A stretch of DNA of 64,000 nt, taken from Takakia lepidozioides (taxonomy: Eukaryota; Plantae; Bryophyta). Each line of letters begins with the position of its first letter. Within the stretch, counting starts at the first letter, position 1. The notes under the pieces were generated by a model. That model was not told the DNA's origin. It searched no databases and saw only the letters and a program-made list of their open reading frames with translations. The position numbers and the translations under genes are program-made. The stretch lies in contig CM060733.1 in the NCBI GenBank assembly GCA_030704615.1, positions 57,970,001 through 58,034,000 on the forward strand. Reading direction: 5' to 3'. Below are positions 22,491-33,739 of this stretch, piece after piece.

Positions 22491-24024
22491 ACATGGCCGC
22501 TCTGGCAGTTTAGCCATTTCTCCAAGGGGTTTAGCCACGCCAAGCTAGGGTTTGTGTCTCTTGGACTCTAGGCTTCTTTCCACCAAGCTATGGTGGCTGT
22601 GAGAAAATCAGCAAGGTATCCTTGCTCTTTCGGCTCCCACACACCACCATAGTAGCCCTAAGTCATGAGGTGGTTGCCACAAACCAAGCCTTCTTTCTCA
22701 CTTAGCCTCCCCAAACACGCCACTAAAATCAATGGCAAACAACCAAGCCCTGCTGGTTCCCAGCCCTTGTGAGCACTCATTCAAGCACTCTCATTGGCCA
22801 TAGCATCTGTCTTAGAGCCTATTCCAGCCCTCTACACCTGTTGCTTCAAGAGTTGCGCTCCCTTCAAGCTTGAAGTTGAAACCCCAACTCACATAGGCCC
22901 TACAAGTGCTTTTCTTTCACTCCAAGTGGAAACCAGCCCTAGACCTTCCGTTCTAGCTCTCTAAGGCTTGAAAACAAGAGCCTCAATGGGCTGAAGGCAT
23001 GCTCCACACATGCCCCACTCTCACCATAAGAGAATCAGCTCCTTTGCTTCATTTCTTGCACCCACAAACCTGAAAATACAAGCTTCAGCAGGCTGAAAGC
23101 ATGCTCTACATGCCCTACAGGGAAACCAGCCCCTTCCTTCCTTCCTTGCACTCCCACACCTAAAAGTGCAAGCCTTCACCAGGCTGATAGCATGCTCCAC
23201 ACATACATTGCCCTCACATAAGGGAAGTCAGCCCTTCCCTCTTCCTTGCTTGCCCTCCAAGCTTGAAGATGGAAGCTTCAATGAGCTGAATACATGCTCC
23301 ACACATGCAACCTCTTCACACAAGAGATATCAGCCCCCTATCTTGGCTCCTTGGCTCCTTGATGCTCTCTAAGACAAGACTAAGTACTCCACAGCCTTTG
23401 CCAAGCTCCTGAAACCCTAAGGCTTACATTTCCAGCCACAAGACACTTCTCTTGTGGTGCAAGAGCTCTTCTTCCAAGCTCTGAAACCCCAGGTGCACAT
23501 TCCATGGCCTTGCCGCACCTCTTAGCTCCTGTTCCAGCCCTGCTCTTGCCATGACAAGAGCCCTCTCAATGCTGAAGCTCGAGATTGAAACCCAATCTCA
23601 CCATACTCCACAAAGTGCATTGATTTGCCCCAAGCCAAATCAGCCCTTTCGCTTGGTCTTGCAATCCTTCACACAATGAAAGCTCGCATTCCCAGGTCCA
23701 GTTCTCAGCTTTGCCACCAAAGCCACTATAACCTGCTCTTGACTGGTCCTCTTCCCAATCGTGCTTGCTCATGCATGTACACAATCTGAAACCATCAAGG
23801 TGCTCTGGAATTACCTGCAGCATGGTGCTTTCATCTCTGAAGCTGAAGATCGAATGCCAAGGTCTACCACCTCGTAACCCACATCACCTCCGCTTCTAAC
23901 AACCAAGAGCTCCATGTTGCTCCTTGCATAACAACTTGGTTTCTCTCAATCTCAAGCAAAAACCACAAGTGCTACAACTAACTCGTATCTAGCACTCATA
24001 GATACGAGCTGATCTTTCTCGAGT

Positions 24025-24350
24025 GATAAAGAAGAAGAATACAAGCACGAGCTCATTCGAGCTCACAAAGCTGAAGCATAAACTCATGCATATATAACCT
24101 CATCACTCAAATACAAGTCAAGCCAAGTGCACCCCACGCCATGGGGAATCCACACTACGGCGCCATAGCTAGGTGCGGTGAGGCTCAACTCGAGAAAGAT
24201 GAGCCTCCCGCGCTTGCCGTGAAGATAACCACTCCAGGGCCTAAATCTGCCTTGACCCCTGGATTGACACTTGGGCCAATCCCAAATGTCAATATGTAAA
24301 AGATAGCTATTTCCTAGCTAGTTTCACACTAGTGGTAAAATAACTTGACA
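24025..24350 (-). repeat. Split direct repeat A1 (326 bp, 5'-terminal)
   Basis: Begins TGTCAAG on the minus strand. Contains several hairpins and TTATATAT. Repeated at 12496-12821. Confidence 0.95.
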
Positions 24351-26253
24351 TGGCGCAGATTTTGGCAATTGTAGGGTTATGTGCCAGTGGTGAGGGGCAA
24401 CGAAGTGGTGTATGTGCTTGCTCCACTGGGTGCCTGGTGATGATGTTGGGGCATGCTTTCCATTTGTTCTTGGCCTGTTCCATCTCCCAACTGATAATCC
24501 CTGGAATTGGAATGGGGGTGGGCATTGAAGGAAGTGTTGTTGGAAGGTGGGCTTTGAGGATATCTGAAGAAGAGGAGCCTTGGATGCTTGCAGCTTGGAG
24601 CTCAGAGATGATGGGGCCCTTGCCTCTGTGGGATTTGGAAGCTAGTGCAGAGGAGGCCTCAATGACCATAGGGTCCTCAATTAGCCTTCTTTTCCTTGTT
24701 GGCGGGGAGGTAGAGATTTGATTGACTGCACTATCCCAGGCATGGTTGCACCGATCATGGGCAGGCCTCTGGTCAACTTTCTCTAGCGAGAGTGGGTGAC
24801 ATAGGGAGGAGTCCTTGTGATTGATTGGAATTCTTGGGTGGGGATCTGTGGTAGGAGCTGAATTTTGAATAATTTCGGTGCTTCCGTGCCCAGCCTGTGG
24901 GTTGTTCATTCTCCTCCTTTTCAGCTTGGGGCACCCTGCCTTGAGGTGCCCAGATTTTCCACAGTAATAACATGCTGAAGCTGCCGTGTCCTCAGACACT
25001 TTCACAGAGAAATAATTGCCTTGATTGTCAATTGGTAGCCTGATGAATTCTGGATGCTGAGTAAGCACTCCAGCTCTCGCTTGAACTCTTTCTAGTAACA
25101 CCTTGATGGTCACTAGTGTACAGTTTTGAATTGTCCAAGTTATAATGATTACTTTTCATTCTGCTGTAACCTTTCTCTAATTGACTCTCTGAGTGGAGGC
25201 ATCATTCTTTCTGGTTTCTTTCCTGTTTTTCTTCTTTCCTTTGAGGTTTTGTCCTGGTGCCTTTGTAAGTTCCTGATCGTTGGGCATTAGCACCACAATC
25301 TTAGGGAATCCGTTTTCATTCGCCTTTGATGAAATGGTTGCCCCTCTCCATGATGGGTGCTGTCGCAGTGAGGCAGTGTATGTATCATTGTCAAAGACCG
25401 CCAGACATCCCAGAAAAGCACCAAAATAATTACCTATAGCTGGTAGGCTCAAGAGGTATTGGTCAGGAATGTAAGGCAACGATATGATCCTTGGGCTCCA
25501 AATCTTGCCATTCCTGTTTCTCATGCATCTAGACCATGGGAAAATATTGACGTTAAGCCCATGCAGATGAGGATTGAATGCTCGGGCTTTGTCCGCTGCC
25601 TCTCGCGCTTGATTTCTAGTCACCTTTTTGCCTGGGAAATGAAGGAGGATACCGTTGTTCTCATACTGAGCTGCATCTGAGTCAATCTGGTCGAGCTCCA
25701 CTGGGACGAGTGGGTGGTCTCTGGCGATTGCGGACTGCAGGGTAGTAGAGTCTGAAGGGGAATCTTCCGAGAGATCCGTGGGCGGGCTGCCTGGAATGGG
25801 CGGGCTCGGGGAATTTGAGTGGGGCCCGGAAGAGATCCCTGCAGCACCATTGTGAATGGGGGGCCCCAAGGGAGGGCCTGGAGCGAAGTGAGGTGGGGGA
25901 TGGTTTGCCTGAGACGAACTATGCGCAATGAGGCCCATGGAATGGGTTTGATGCGCAATGAAGAAGCCTGTCCCCGTTGACGGATGGAGTCTGCGAGGAT
26001 CCGGAAATCTGGGGCCTTGGCCTGGTCGATGGGTTGCCAGATTGAAGGCCTTGTGAGGGAAGGGCGCCATGGAGAGGAAGCGAGCTGAAGCAACAGGAGA
26101 GGGAGCTGGAGGAGAAGGAGGGGAGGGGCAATTGAGAGGATAACAAGAATCAACTAGCCAAATGCGTGCAAAAGGGTCCCATGCGAACTTGCAGGCACCT
26201 GAGGCTGGCCAAGCGAGGAAAGGCGAGAAGAAGGACTGGAGGAAAGGGCGCAA
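24351..26253 (-). pseudogene. LINE A ORF1, N-terminal part, with a ~213-bp insertion (25054-25266) and an internal deletion
   Basis: GILLHFPGK, FNPHLHGLNVNIFPW, GFPKIVVLMPN/PEFIRLPIDNQGNYF and the CCHC knuckle align with LINE B ORF1. Confidence 0.8.
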
Positions 26254-28079
26254 GCTGAAAAACGGGCCCGAGCTGATTAGCTGCTACAGCGAAGCGCGGG
26301 TAGGGGCTTAGGGGTGAGTTAGTGAAGGCGGCTCCTAGGAAACTGAAACGATCATTTCCATGATGAAAAAGGTAGGGATCGGATTGGCCAGGATGATATG
26401 GCAGGGGATCAGGGGGGGGGGACTTATGTACTTGGTGGCTGCGCTTTAGGGAGAATTAATAGAGGTGAGTTGAGAAGCATATGGCTAAGCATGCGACTCT
26501 GATGAAGATAGACAGGCTCGTCATGACAGCCGCTTAGATCCGGTGATTGGGATGGGGCCTGTCGATGGCACCAAGTATTATGTTTGGGATGAATCGTGAG
26601 GTACAACATTAGCTTGTTTGGGACTTAGAGCCGATAGTGGGGAGGAAGGGGAGTCCGAGTGCTAGGGTTGAAGAGGTGTAGAGGCTGTCGGCGAAGCTTG
26701 CACACACCGCGCATTGCGGAGCTCTTCTTCTTCCTCCATCACCTCCATTGAATTGTCCAATATTTTCATTGTCCAGTTTTACAGTTTTATAAATTTACAG
26801 TTTTATAGTTTTATGGATCTTTATTATATATCTTTTTAAACATATAAAGACATCTAGATAAGTTTTTCAGTGAGTATTTCAGTATTACAGTTTTACAAAT
26901 GTACAGTTTTATAGTTTTATGGATCTTTAGTATATATCTTTTTAAGCATATAAAGACATCTAGATAAGTTTCTCAGTGAATATTTCAGTATTATATCAGT
27001 ATTTCACTTAAAAATAAATTTTCAGCTCATTATAAACTTCATTTTTCAATTGTAATATTGTAAATTTATTTGCTTTCCATTTCAAATTACTTCTTTGTAT
27101 TTATAGTATCTCAATTACAGACTTAAAATTTTATTTCATATTCACATTTATTTTATATCATTCTGCTTTGGATGCCCAATCCATATATCTAATGTTCTCA
27201 CTTTTACCACGATTTTAATTTCATAGTTTTAAAATTTTAAAATCTAACAATTGAATAAGACCAATATATTAGCTTGAAGTTCAATTTTTCACTTCATATC
27301 ATATGATTTATTTCCAGGAAATAATTATATTCTAAATTCTCGAATCTAACAGTTTTTCATTAATCTAATTAAGAAAATTTGTTGTTACTAAACCACAACA
27401 ATAATCGTAAACAAAAAAGTATAATATTACATTCTCTTCTTTACGTAAATCCAGTATTTCTCATTTATTAATGTTTACATACTTAACTACAACATAGTAA
27501 ATTACATCCAAAAAAAATATCTCAGTATTTTAGTAATTCAGTAAATTGAACAATCGGTTAATAGTATCATACATTATACTTAATTTTGTTCATTTAGGTC
27601 ATTGTTCTATTTTGAAAAAGATCAAATATAAAATTTTATGAGAGGATTTGTTGATTATTATATTTTCAATTGCCAAAGTTGTCAATAAAAATAATACAAT
27701 AAGCTGATTGATATCATATATTTTCACATAACAGATATTCTAATCTGAAGATTGAATGATGCTTAGGTTTTTTCGATTTAAGTCTATTCTCTATTACAGG
27801 GAATTTATTTTGTAATTTGTTTTTTTATCTACAAATAAAATAAAGTTTTTCCAGGGTCTCTGGTCTCTGCCCTTGTTATACATATATATTTAGTTTCAAT
27901 ATAAAATTTTAAATAAATATTCTACTTTCAGGGTGGAGCCATTACGCGACTAGCCGCTTGTTATAATTAAAACAAAACTTTATTTTGGATAACGTTCATC
28001 CATCCATTTGTAATGCACCGACATCCTTTTTGAAATAAACCTTTACGTGTTAGTACCTATGTTAAAAATAGAAAAATAG

Positions 28080-29174
28080 TAAGATATGTATTATTATTTA
28101 TAACTGCCCTAAGGAGCCCTAAGATGGGGAAAATAGAAATATATAAATTATTATTTATAATTACCTTCAAGACACCTAAGAGGGGAAAAAATGCCAATAT
28201 ATATATGATTATTTATAACTACCCTTGGGATTTCTTAGGACAGTCTTAAGGAGTCCTAAGAAGAAAAGAATGGAAAGACAAAAATATTTGCTCTTAAGAC
28301 CCGTTTAGGCAGCCTAGGGGGTTATAAGAAGGGGAGAATGAAAACATATAAATTATTATCTATAATTACCCTTAGTAAAAAGAGAAAAAAATGAAAGATA
28401 TAAATTATTATTTATAATTGCCCTTAGGACTCCTTACGGCGGCCCTAAGGAGTCCTAAGAGGGAAAAATAGAAATATATAAATTATAAGAAAATCAAAAT
28501 ATATACATTATTATTTATAATTACCCTTAGGACTATCTAAGAAGAGAAAAATGGAAAGACATAAATAATTTCCCTTAAGACCCATTTAGGCAACCTAAGG
28601 AGTTATAAAAGGGGGAAAATGGAAACATATAATTATTATCTATAATTGCCCTTTGCACTCCTTAGGACTGCCCTAAGGAGTCATAATAGGGGAAAACGGA
28701 AATATATAAACTATTATTTATAATTACCCTTGGGACTCCTTAGGACTGCCCTAAGGAGTCCTAAGAGAGGGGAAAATAAAAACGTATAAATTAATAATTA
28801 CCCTTAGGGCTTCATAGGACAGTCCTAAGATGAGAAAAATGGAAACACATAAATAATTGTCTTTAAGACCCGTTTAGGTAACCTAAAGGGTTATAAGAGG
28901 AGGAAAATAGAAAAATATAAATTATTATCTATAATTGCCCTTATGACTCCTTAGGGCAGCCCTAAGAAGAACTAAGAAGGGGACAGTTGAAAGATGCAAA
29001 TTATTATCTATAATTGTCCTTAGGACTCCTAATGGCTCTAAGAGGAGGAAAATAAAAATATATAAATTATTATTTATAATTGCCCTTAGGACTACTTTAG
29101 GCCGCCCCAAGTAGTCCTAAGAAGGGGGGAAAATAAAAACATATAAGTTATTATTTATAATTACCATTAGGACT
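28080..29174. repeat. AT-rich degenerate tandem repeat
   Basis: Recurrent AAATTATTAT(T/C)TATAATT(A/G)CCCTTAGGAC...CCTAAGA-purine tract units of roughly 60-80 bp. Confidence 0.85.
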
Positions 29175-30031
29175 TGTCGTGCGCATACATATCGCAACAC
29201 AACTACATCGCTGTCCAAAACCACACAACACATGTGCACACCACACACTAGTTTACAACTAGTCCACCACTAGTCTAGTCACTAGTCCAACCACTAGGCT
29301 ACAACTAGTCAGTCACTAGGCTGCCACTATGCTGCCCACTATGGCAGTCACTAGTCCACACAATCGCCCCCCTAGCTGGTGCTTAGGTCCCTCTAAGTCC
29401 AGGTAGCCACAAAATGTGATAGTGACCATAGCCTCACTAAGTCCTCTACCACTGTCCCTACTACACTCAAACTCGATAGATCAAGAGGCCGGGTGCAAGA
29501 GTGCCCCATCGTTAGTCGCCATTTTGCAACCTATGAACTTGAGCCTGGGATCTCGTGTATTGACTCCTATGAGCTTGGCCTCCCATGTCTTGTTAGCTGC
29601 CTCTAGTCATGTCCACTGCCACTATCCCAAGCAGTGTGGACACAACCAATCTCCATCAGGAACCTTCTCAAGAGGTGGTGTCAAGCATCCCATGTGCCAA
29701 CCTCTTGAGCATCGATCACACACCAGCATGATGGCTACCTCTTTGGCAGACCCACAGAGCATGCACCTCAAACCTGCAGGTACCACTGCCAAGTTTGGGT
29801 CAACTCTTCCATCAACATTGGGAAGGTGACATGGCACACAATTACGCACATGGTCTTTCCAAGTCATGCCATCCTGACCCTCCAAGATCAGGACTCCTGA
29901 GGGCAACACCTCTCGAACCCTCAGAATAACACGCCCTACAGTGACATCCAGGGTTGTAGGAGCAGTATGCTGCAAATAAACATAGTCACCAGGGCTAAAC
30001 CTCCGAACCCCAGGACGATATCCTCCACCAC
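29175..30031 (-). mobile_element. Truncated second copy of the split-repeat element (integrase tail, PHD, 3'UTR, single B repeat)
   Basis: Collinear with 12824-13681. ORF 29622-30056 encodes the same PHD. Ends at the same CGACA terminus, with flank GACT on the plus strand. Confidence 0.93.
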
Positions 30032-33000
30032 TTTGTCGAAGTACTTCATCCGACATTCAAAATCACCGGCGGGGGCGCCTATCTTGTTTGTGAAAAAGAA
30101 GGACAGATCATTACGCATGTGTGTCGACTATCGCGGTCTCAACAAAGTCACAATCAAGAATCGTTATCTGTTGCCGCTGATTTCTGGGCTTCTCGACTAG
30201 CTAGGACGAGCGAAGATTTTTACCAAAATAGACTTGAGATGAGCTTATAACCTTGTACGGATAAAAGAAGGAGACGAATGGAAAACAACTTTTCGAACAA
30301 GATATGGACATTTTGAATACAGTGTTATGCCTTTCGGTCTTATAAATGCTCCAGCAAATTTTCAACATATGATGAATGACATCTTTCGAGAATTTTTAGA
30401 TGACTTTGTAGTCATCTATTTGGACGACATTTTGATATTTTCACAGAATGAAGAAGAACATGGCCGCCATGTACGCCTTGTCTTTGATAAATTAAGAGAA
30501 AGAGGACTATATGCCAAGTTGGAGAAATGTCTATTCCATCAATCTGAGGTCGAATTTCTGGGCTACATTAATTCCGACAAAGGCGTCTTTATGGATCAGA
30601 AGAAAATACAAACCATCGTCGAATGGATTAAACCAACTTCGGTCCGAGATGTACAATATTTTCTGGGCTTTGCAAATTTCTATAGAATCTTCATCAATGA
30701 CTACTCCAAAATTGCTGCACCATTGACACGACTCACATGGAAGGATAAATTTGTATGGGACGATAAGGCTGACCAGACATTTGAAAGGCTGAAGCAGGCA
30801 TTTACAACGGCTCCAATACTGGTACATGCAGACCCATCTAAACCATTCTTCTTGGAAGCAGATGCATCGGACTTTGCACTTGGCGCGGTACTCTCTCAAT
30901 ACGGTACAAATGACCGACTCCACCCTGTTGATTTTCGTTCTCGCAACTTTTCCGTTGTGGAGATCAATTTGAAATCCATGACAAAGAACTTCTAGCGATT
31001 ATCGATGTTTTTGAGGAGTGACGTCATATATTGGAGGGAGCTAAACATCATGTCACTGTCTATACCGATCACAAAAACCTCGAATATTTTATGAGTGCTC
31101 GTGTTTTGAATCGGCGTCAAGCGAGATGGAGTATGTCACTCGTAAGGTTTGATTTTGTTATTACCTACCGTCTCAAGGAACTTCCTGGTGGGGGAGGAGG
31201 TGCACCCAGTTTCTTGGTACCAGGTATAATGATTGGCAACTCACTGCTCATCATTGTTGTGGTTAAGGCCAAATGCTCTTTCTCGACAATCGTATCTTGC
31301 GCCAAAAGAAGGGGATGCAGCTTTTGACCAACAAAAATCCATCATCTTGAAACCAGCAAATCTCCATTTGAATATGCTATCCATGTCCACCTATGACGAT
31401 GCAGAGATCATAAAGGAGATTCAAGAAGTACTGAAGAACGACCAATTTGCTACGACACTACAAAATCAACAAAATCGTCCTCGAGACAACTCACATGTTA
31501 CAAACGACTTCGAATTCAAAGATGACTTACTTTATTTCAAGGGACTTCTCTATGTACCTCCAGGACCTATACGACTTCGAATTCTTCAAACATGTCACCA
31601 CCGATTCAATCCTTGTTATTGTAGATCGTTTTACGAAGATGACACATTTCATTCCATGTAATAAGACGGTTACCGGCGAGGAAACTGCAAGACTCTTCCT
31701 CAATAATATCTACGACATTCATGGACTTCCGAAGGACATCGTATCTGATCGAGGACTACATTTCATATCAAATTTCTGGAGGGGATTATTTCGCATATTG
31801 GATACTAAGATCAACCTCTCTACAACTAATCATCCACAGACTGATGGTCAAACCGAATATGTAAACTAGTTTTTGGAGCAGTATCTTCGCTGTACAATAA
31901 ATTATCACCAAGATAATTGGACGAACCTTCTGTCATTGGCTGAGTTTGCCTACAAAAACACTATACATTCTTCGACCAAACAAACTCCATTTTTCTCCAA
32001 TTATGGTCATCATCCTCGAGCAAACCCATTCCACATGAAGACTGTTGGAAGCCCTGTTGCAGAAAACCTTGCTACTCATCTTGCTACGATTCACAAGCAG
32101 CTTACATTCCACCTCGCAAAAGCTCAAAAACAATACAAGGAGTATGCAGATCAACGTCGCCAACTCCAACTTCAGTTCAAGGTCAGAGATCGTGTGTGGC
32201 CTCTTCGACGAGAAATACAAACCTCGCGACTATCAAGAAAGTTGGATTATCAACGCCTGGGACCATTCAAAATTATTAAATCCGGTCAGTTTTCGGCTTA
32301 AACTCCCACGAAGTATGCGCATCCATCCAGTGTTTCATGGTTCATTGTTGGAGTTGTATCATCCATCGAATATTCTAGGGAGAGTTTCCGTACCACCTCC
32401 ACCAATCGAAGTCAATCAAGAAATTGAGTATGAAGTCGACGAAGTCCTAGACTCTCGCATCAAGTATAAACTCTTGAGTATTTCGTACATTGGAAAGGCT
32501 ACGACATCAGCGAACGAACGTGAGAACCTTCATCCAACCTCGCCAATGCATTTGACAAAGTCCAAGAGTTTCATCAACGATATCCAGCTAAGCCCCGAGC
32601 TACACGTCAGTAAGACGTCACAACAATGATGTCAGCCAAGTTAGCTTCTAGGTGAAGACTTCACATTCAATGTACCTGATATACGCTAAGGAGGGAGGAG
32701 CACCACACATCAGTATATATAGCTACACTTCCAGCACTCTTGCATCTTGTATTGGCAGTATGGAGTCACAGGAGGAGTTGTCGCTTACCTAGCTACCGGA
32801 TCAGCCGTTCCGACTCTCACGACCTTCAACATCACGCCGACGATCTCGAGACGATGGGCCACCAATGCGACGCGTACTTCCTCGTCTGGATCCCGTATGA
32901 CAGCAAGTGGAGCCTACTCGAAGTCTGATAATTCTATTGGAGGTTGAGGCTTCGAACCCAGAGGGAGATCTATAAATCATTTGAGTCAAGAACGAAGAGC

Positions 33001-33739
33001 CAAATACTTGACAAGTACCATTCGTTGGATTTTGGATTTTCTCCAACTCTAAGCAAGTCCAAGATTTTACCGCTTCTCGAGGAATTCGGCGCTAAAGGAG
33101 TGGGTGATGTCACGGACATAGCCCAGAGGAACTTATCAGGAGTAAATACCAGAAGTTACCAAGTTACCATATTATCGGAAGTTACCATGAGTTACCGTGA
33201 TTTACCATTACTTACCAAGTTACCGGGAGTTTACCAAATTACCAAGAGTAACTTGATAAACTACTCAGGAAGCTTCCTTTGGAGGAAACTTCTCCATCAA
33301 GATACCTCATTTGTTTAAGGAAGCTTCTCCATCAAGAAACCTTTGTTTAATCTTGGAAACTTCTCCAGCAAGCAACCTCCATAGGAGAAACTTCTTAAGG
33401 AAGCTTCTTAGTAGCCAGTATATATAGGAGGCGAGACTGGACACTCTTCAGTCTCGCCAACACCAGTTCAAGCTACTCTTGTTTCCAATTCCCAGTACTC
33501 CAGTCCAGTTCTCAGTACCCTAGCCCAGTTTCCAGTATCTGGTACTCTAGTCCAGTTTCCAGCATTCCAGTATTCAAGTCGTGTTCCAATATCTTGTACT
33601 CTTGTTCATTGTTATAAAGATCGTCTTGATTCCTATCTACTCATCGTGCATTCGGCCACGCCGACCTTGACTTCTTGTCTAGTCTTGTACCTTTAGTCTG
33701 ATATCTTGTTTGTGTTCAGCCATGTTCTCGTCCTTGACA
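30032..33739 (+). mobile_element. 5'-truncated, decayed chromoviral Ty3/gypsy element (Tcn1-like) with 3' LTR
   Basis: [73 protein letters not shown], chromodomain EYEVDEVLDSR. PPT AAAGGAGTGGGTGA precedes the LTR. Many stops. The clade call rests on motif resemblance only. Confidence 0.88.
33108..33739 (+). repeat. 3' LTR (632 bp) of the chromovirus
   Basis: TGTCACGG...TTGACA; matches the solo LTR at 6640-7237. Confidence 0.92.

Larger units (their letters stand above)
12305..24350 (-). mobile_element. Ty3/gypsy-type retroelement with split direct repeats, DNMT3-like methyltransferase, DDE integrase and PHD finger (12,046 bp)
   Basis: TGTC...GACA termini. 4-bp TSD TGGC (12301-12304, 24351-24354), supported by restoration of the host LINE frame. 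Repeats A1/B1/A2/B2. Domain order gag-PR-DNMT-RT-RH-INT-PHD. Confidence 0.95.
5524..26750 (-). mobile_element. L1-type LINE (copy A), near full length, decayed, with a solo LTR and the 12-kb element nested inside
   Basis: ORF1 (RRM-like region, CYYCGKSGHLKAGC zinc knuckle), then ORF2 (SWNIRGLG endonuclease, KAPGIDG, NYRPITLLN, LDFEKAFD, FVDD, CCHC-like C-terminus). (AAAATT)n plus A-run tail at ~5524-5557 on the minus strand. The 5' end is approximate. Confidence 0.85.

Noticed and set aside
21204-22571. Long plus-strand ORFs (324, 318, 165 aa)
   Set aside because: Open only because the tandem repeat lacks stops on that strand; they are antisense to the element and have no domain.
26774-26784. 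CAGTTTTACAG as the TSD of LINE A (matching ~5512-5522)
   Set aside because: The motif is locally repetitive, so the match is not diagnostic.
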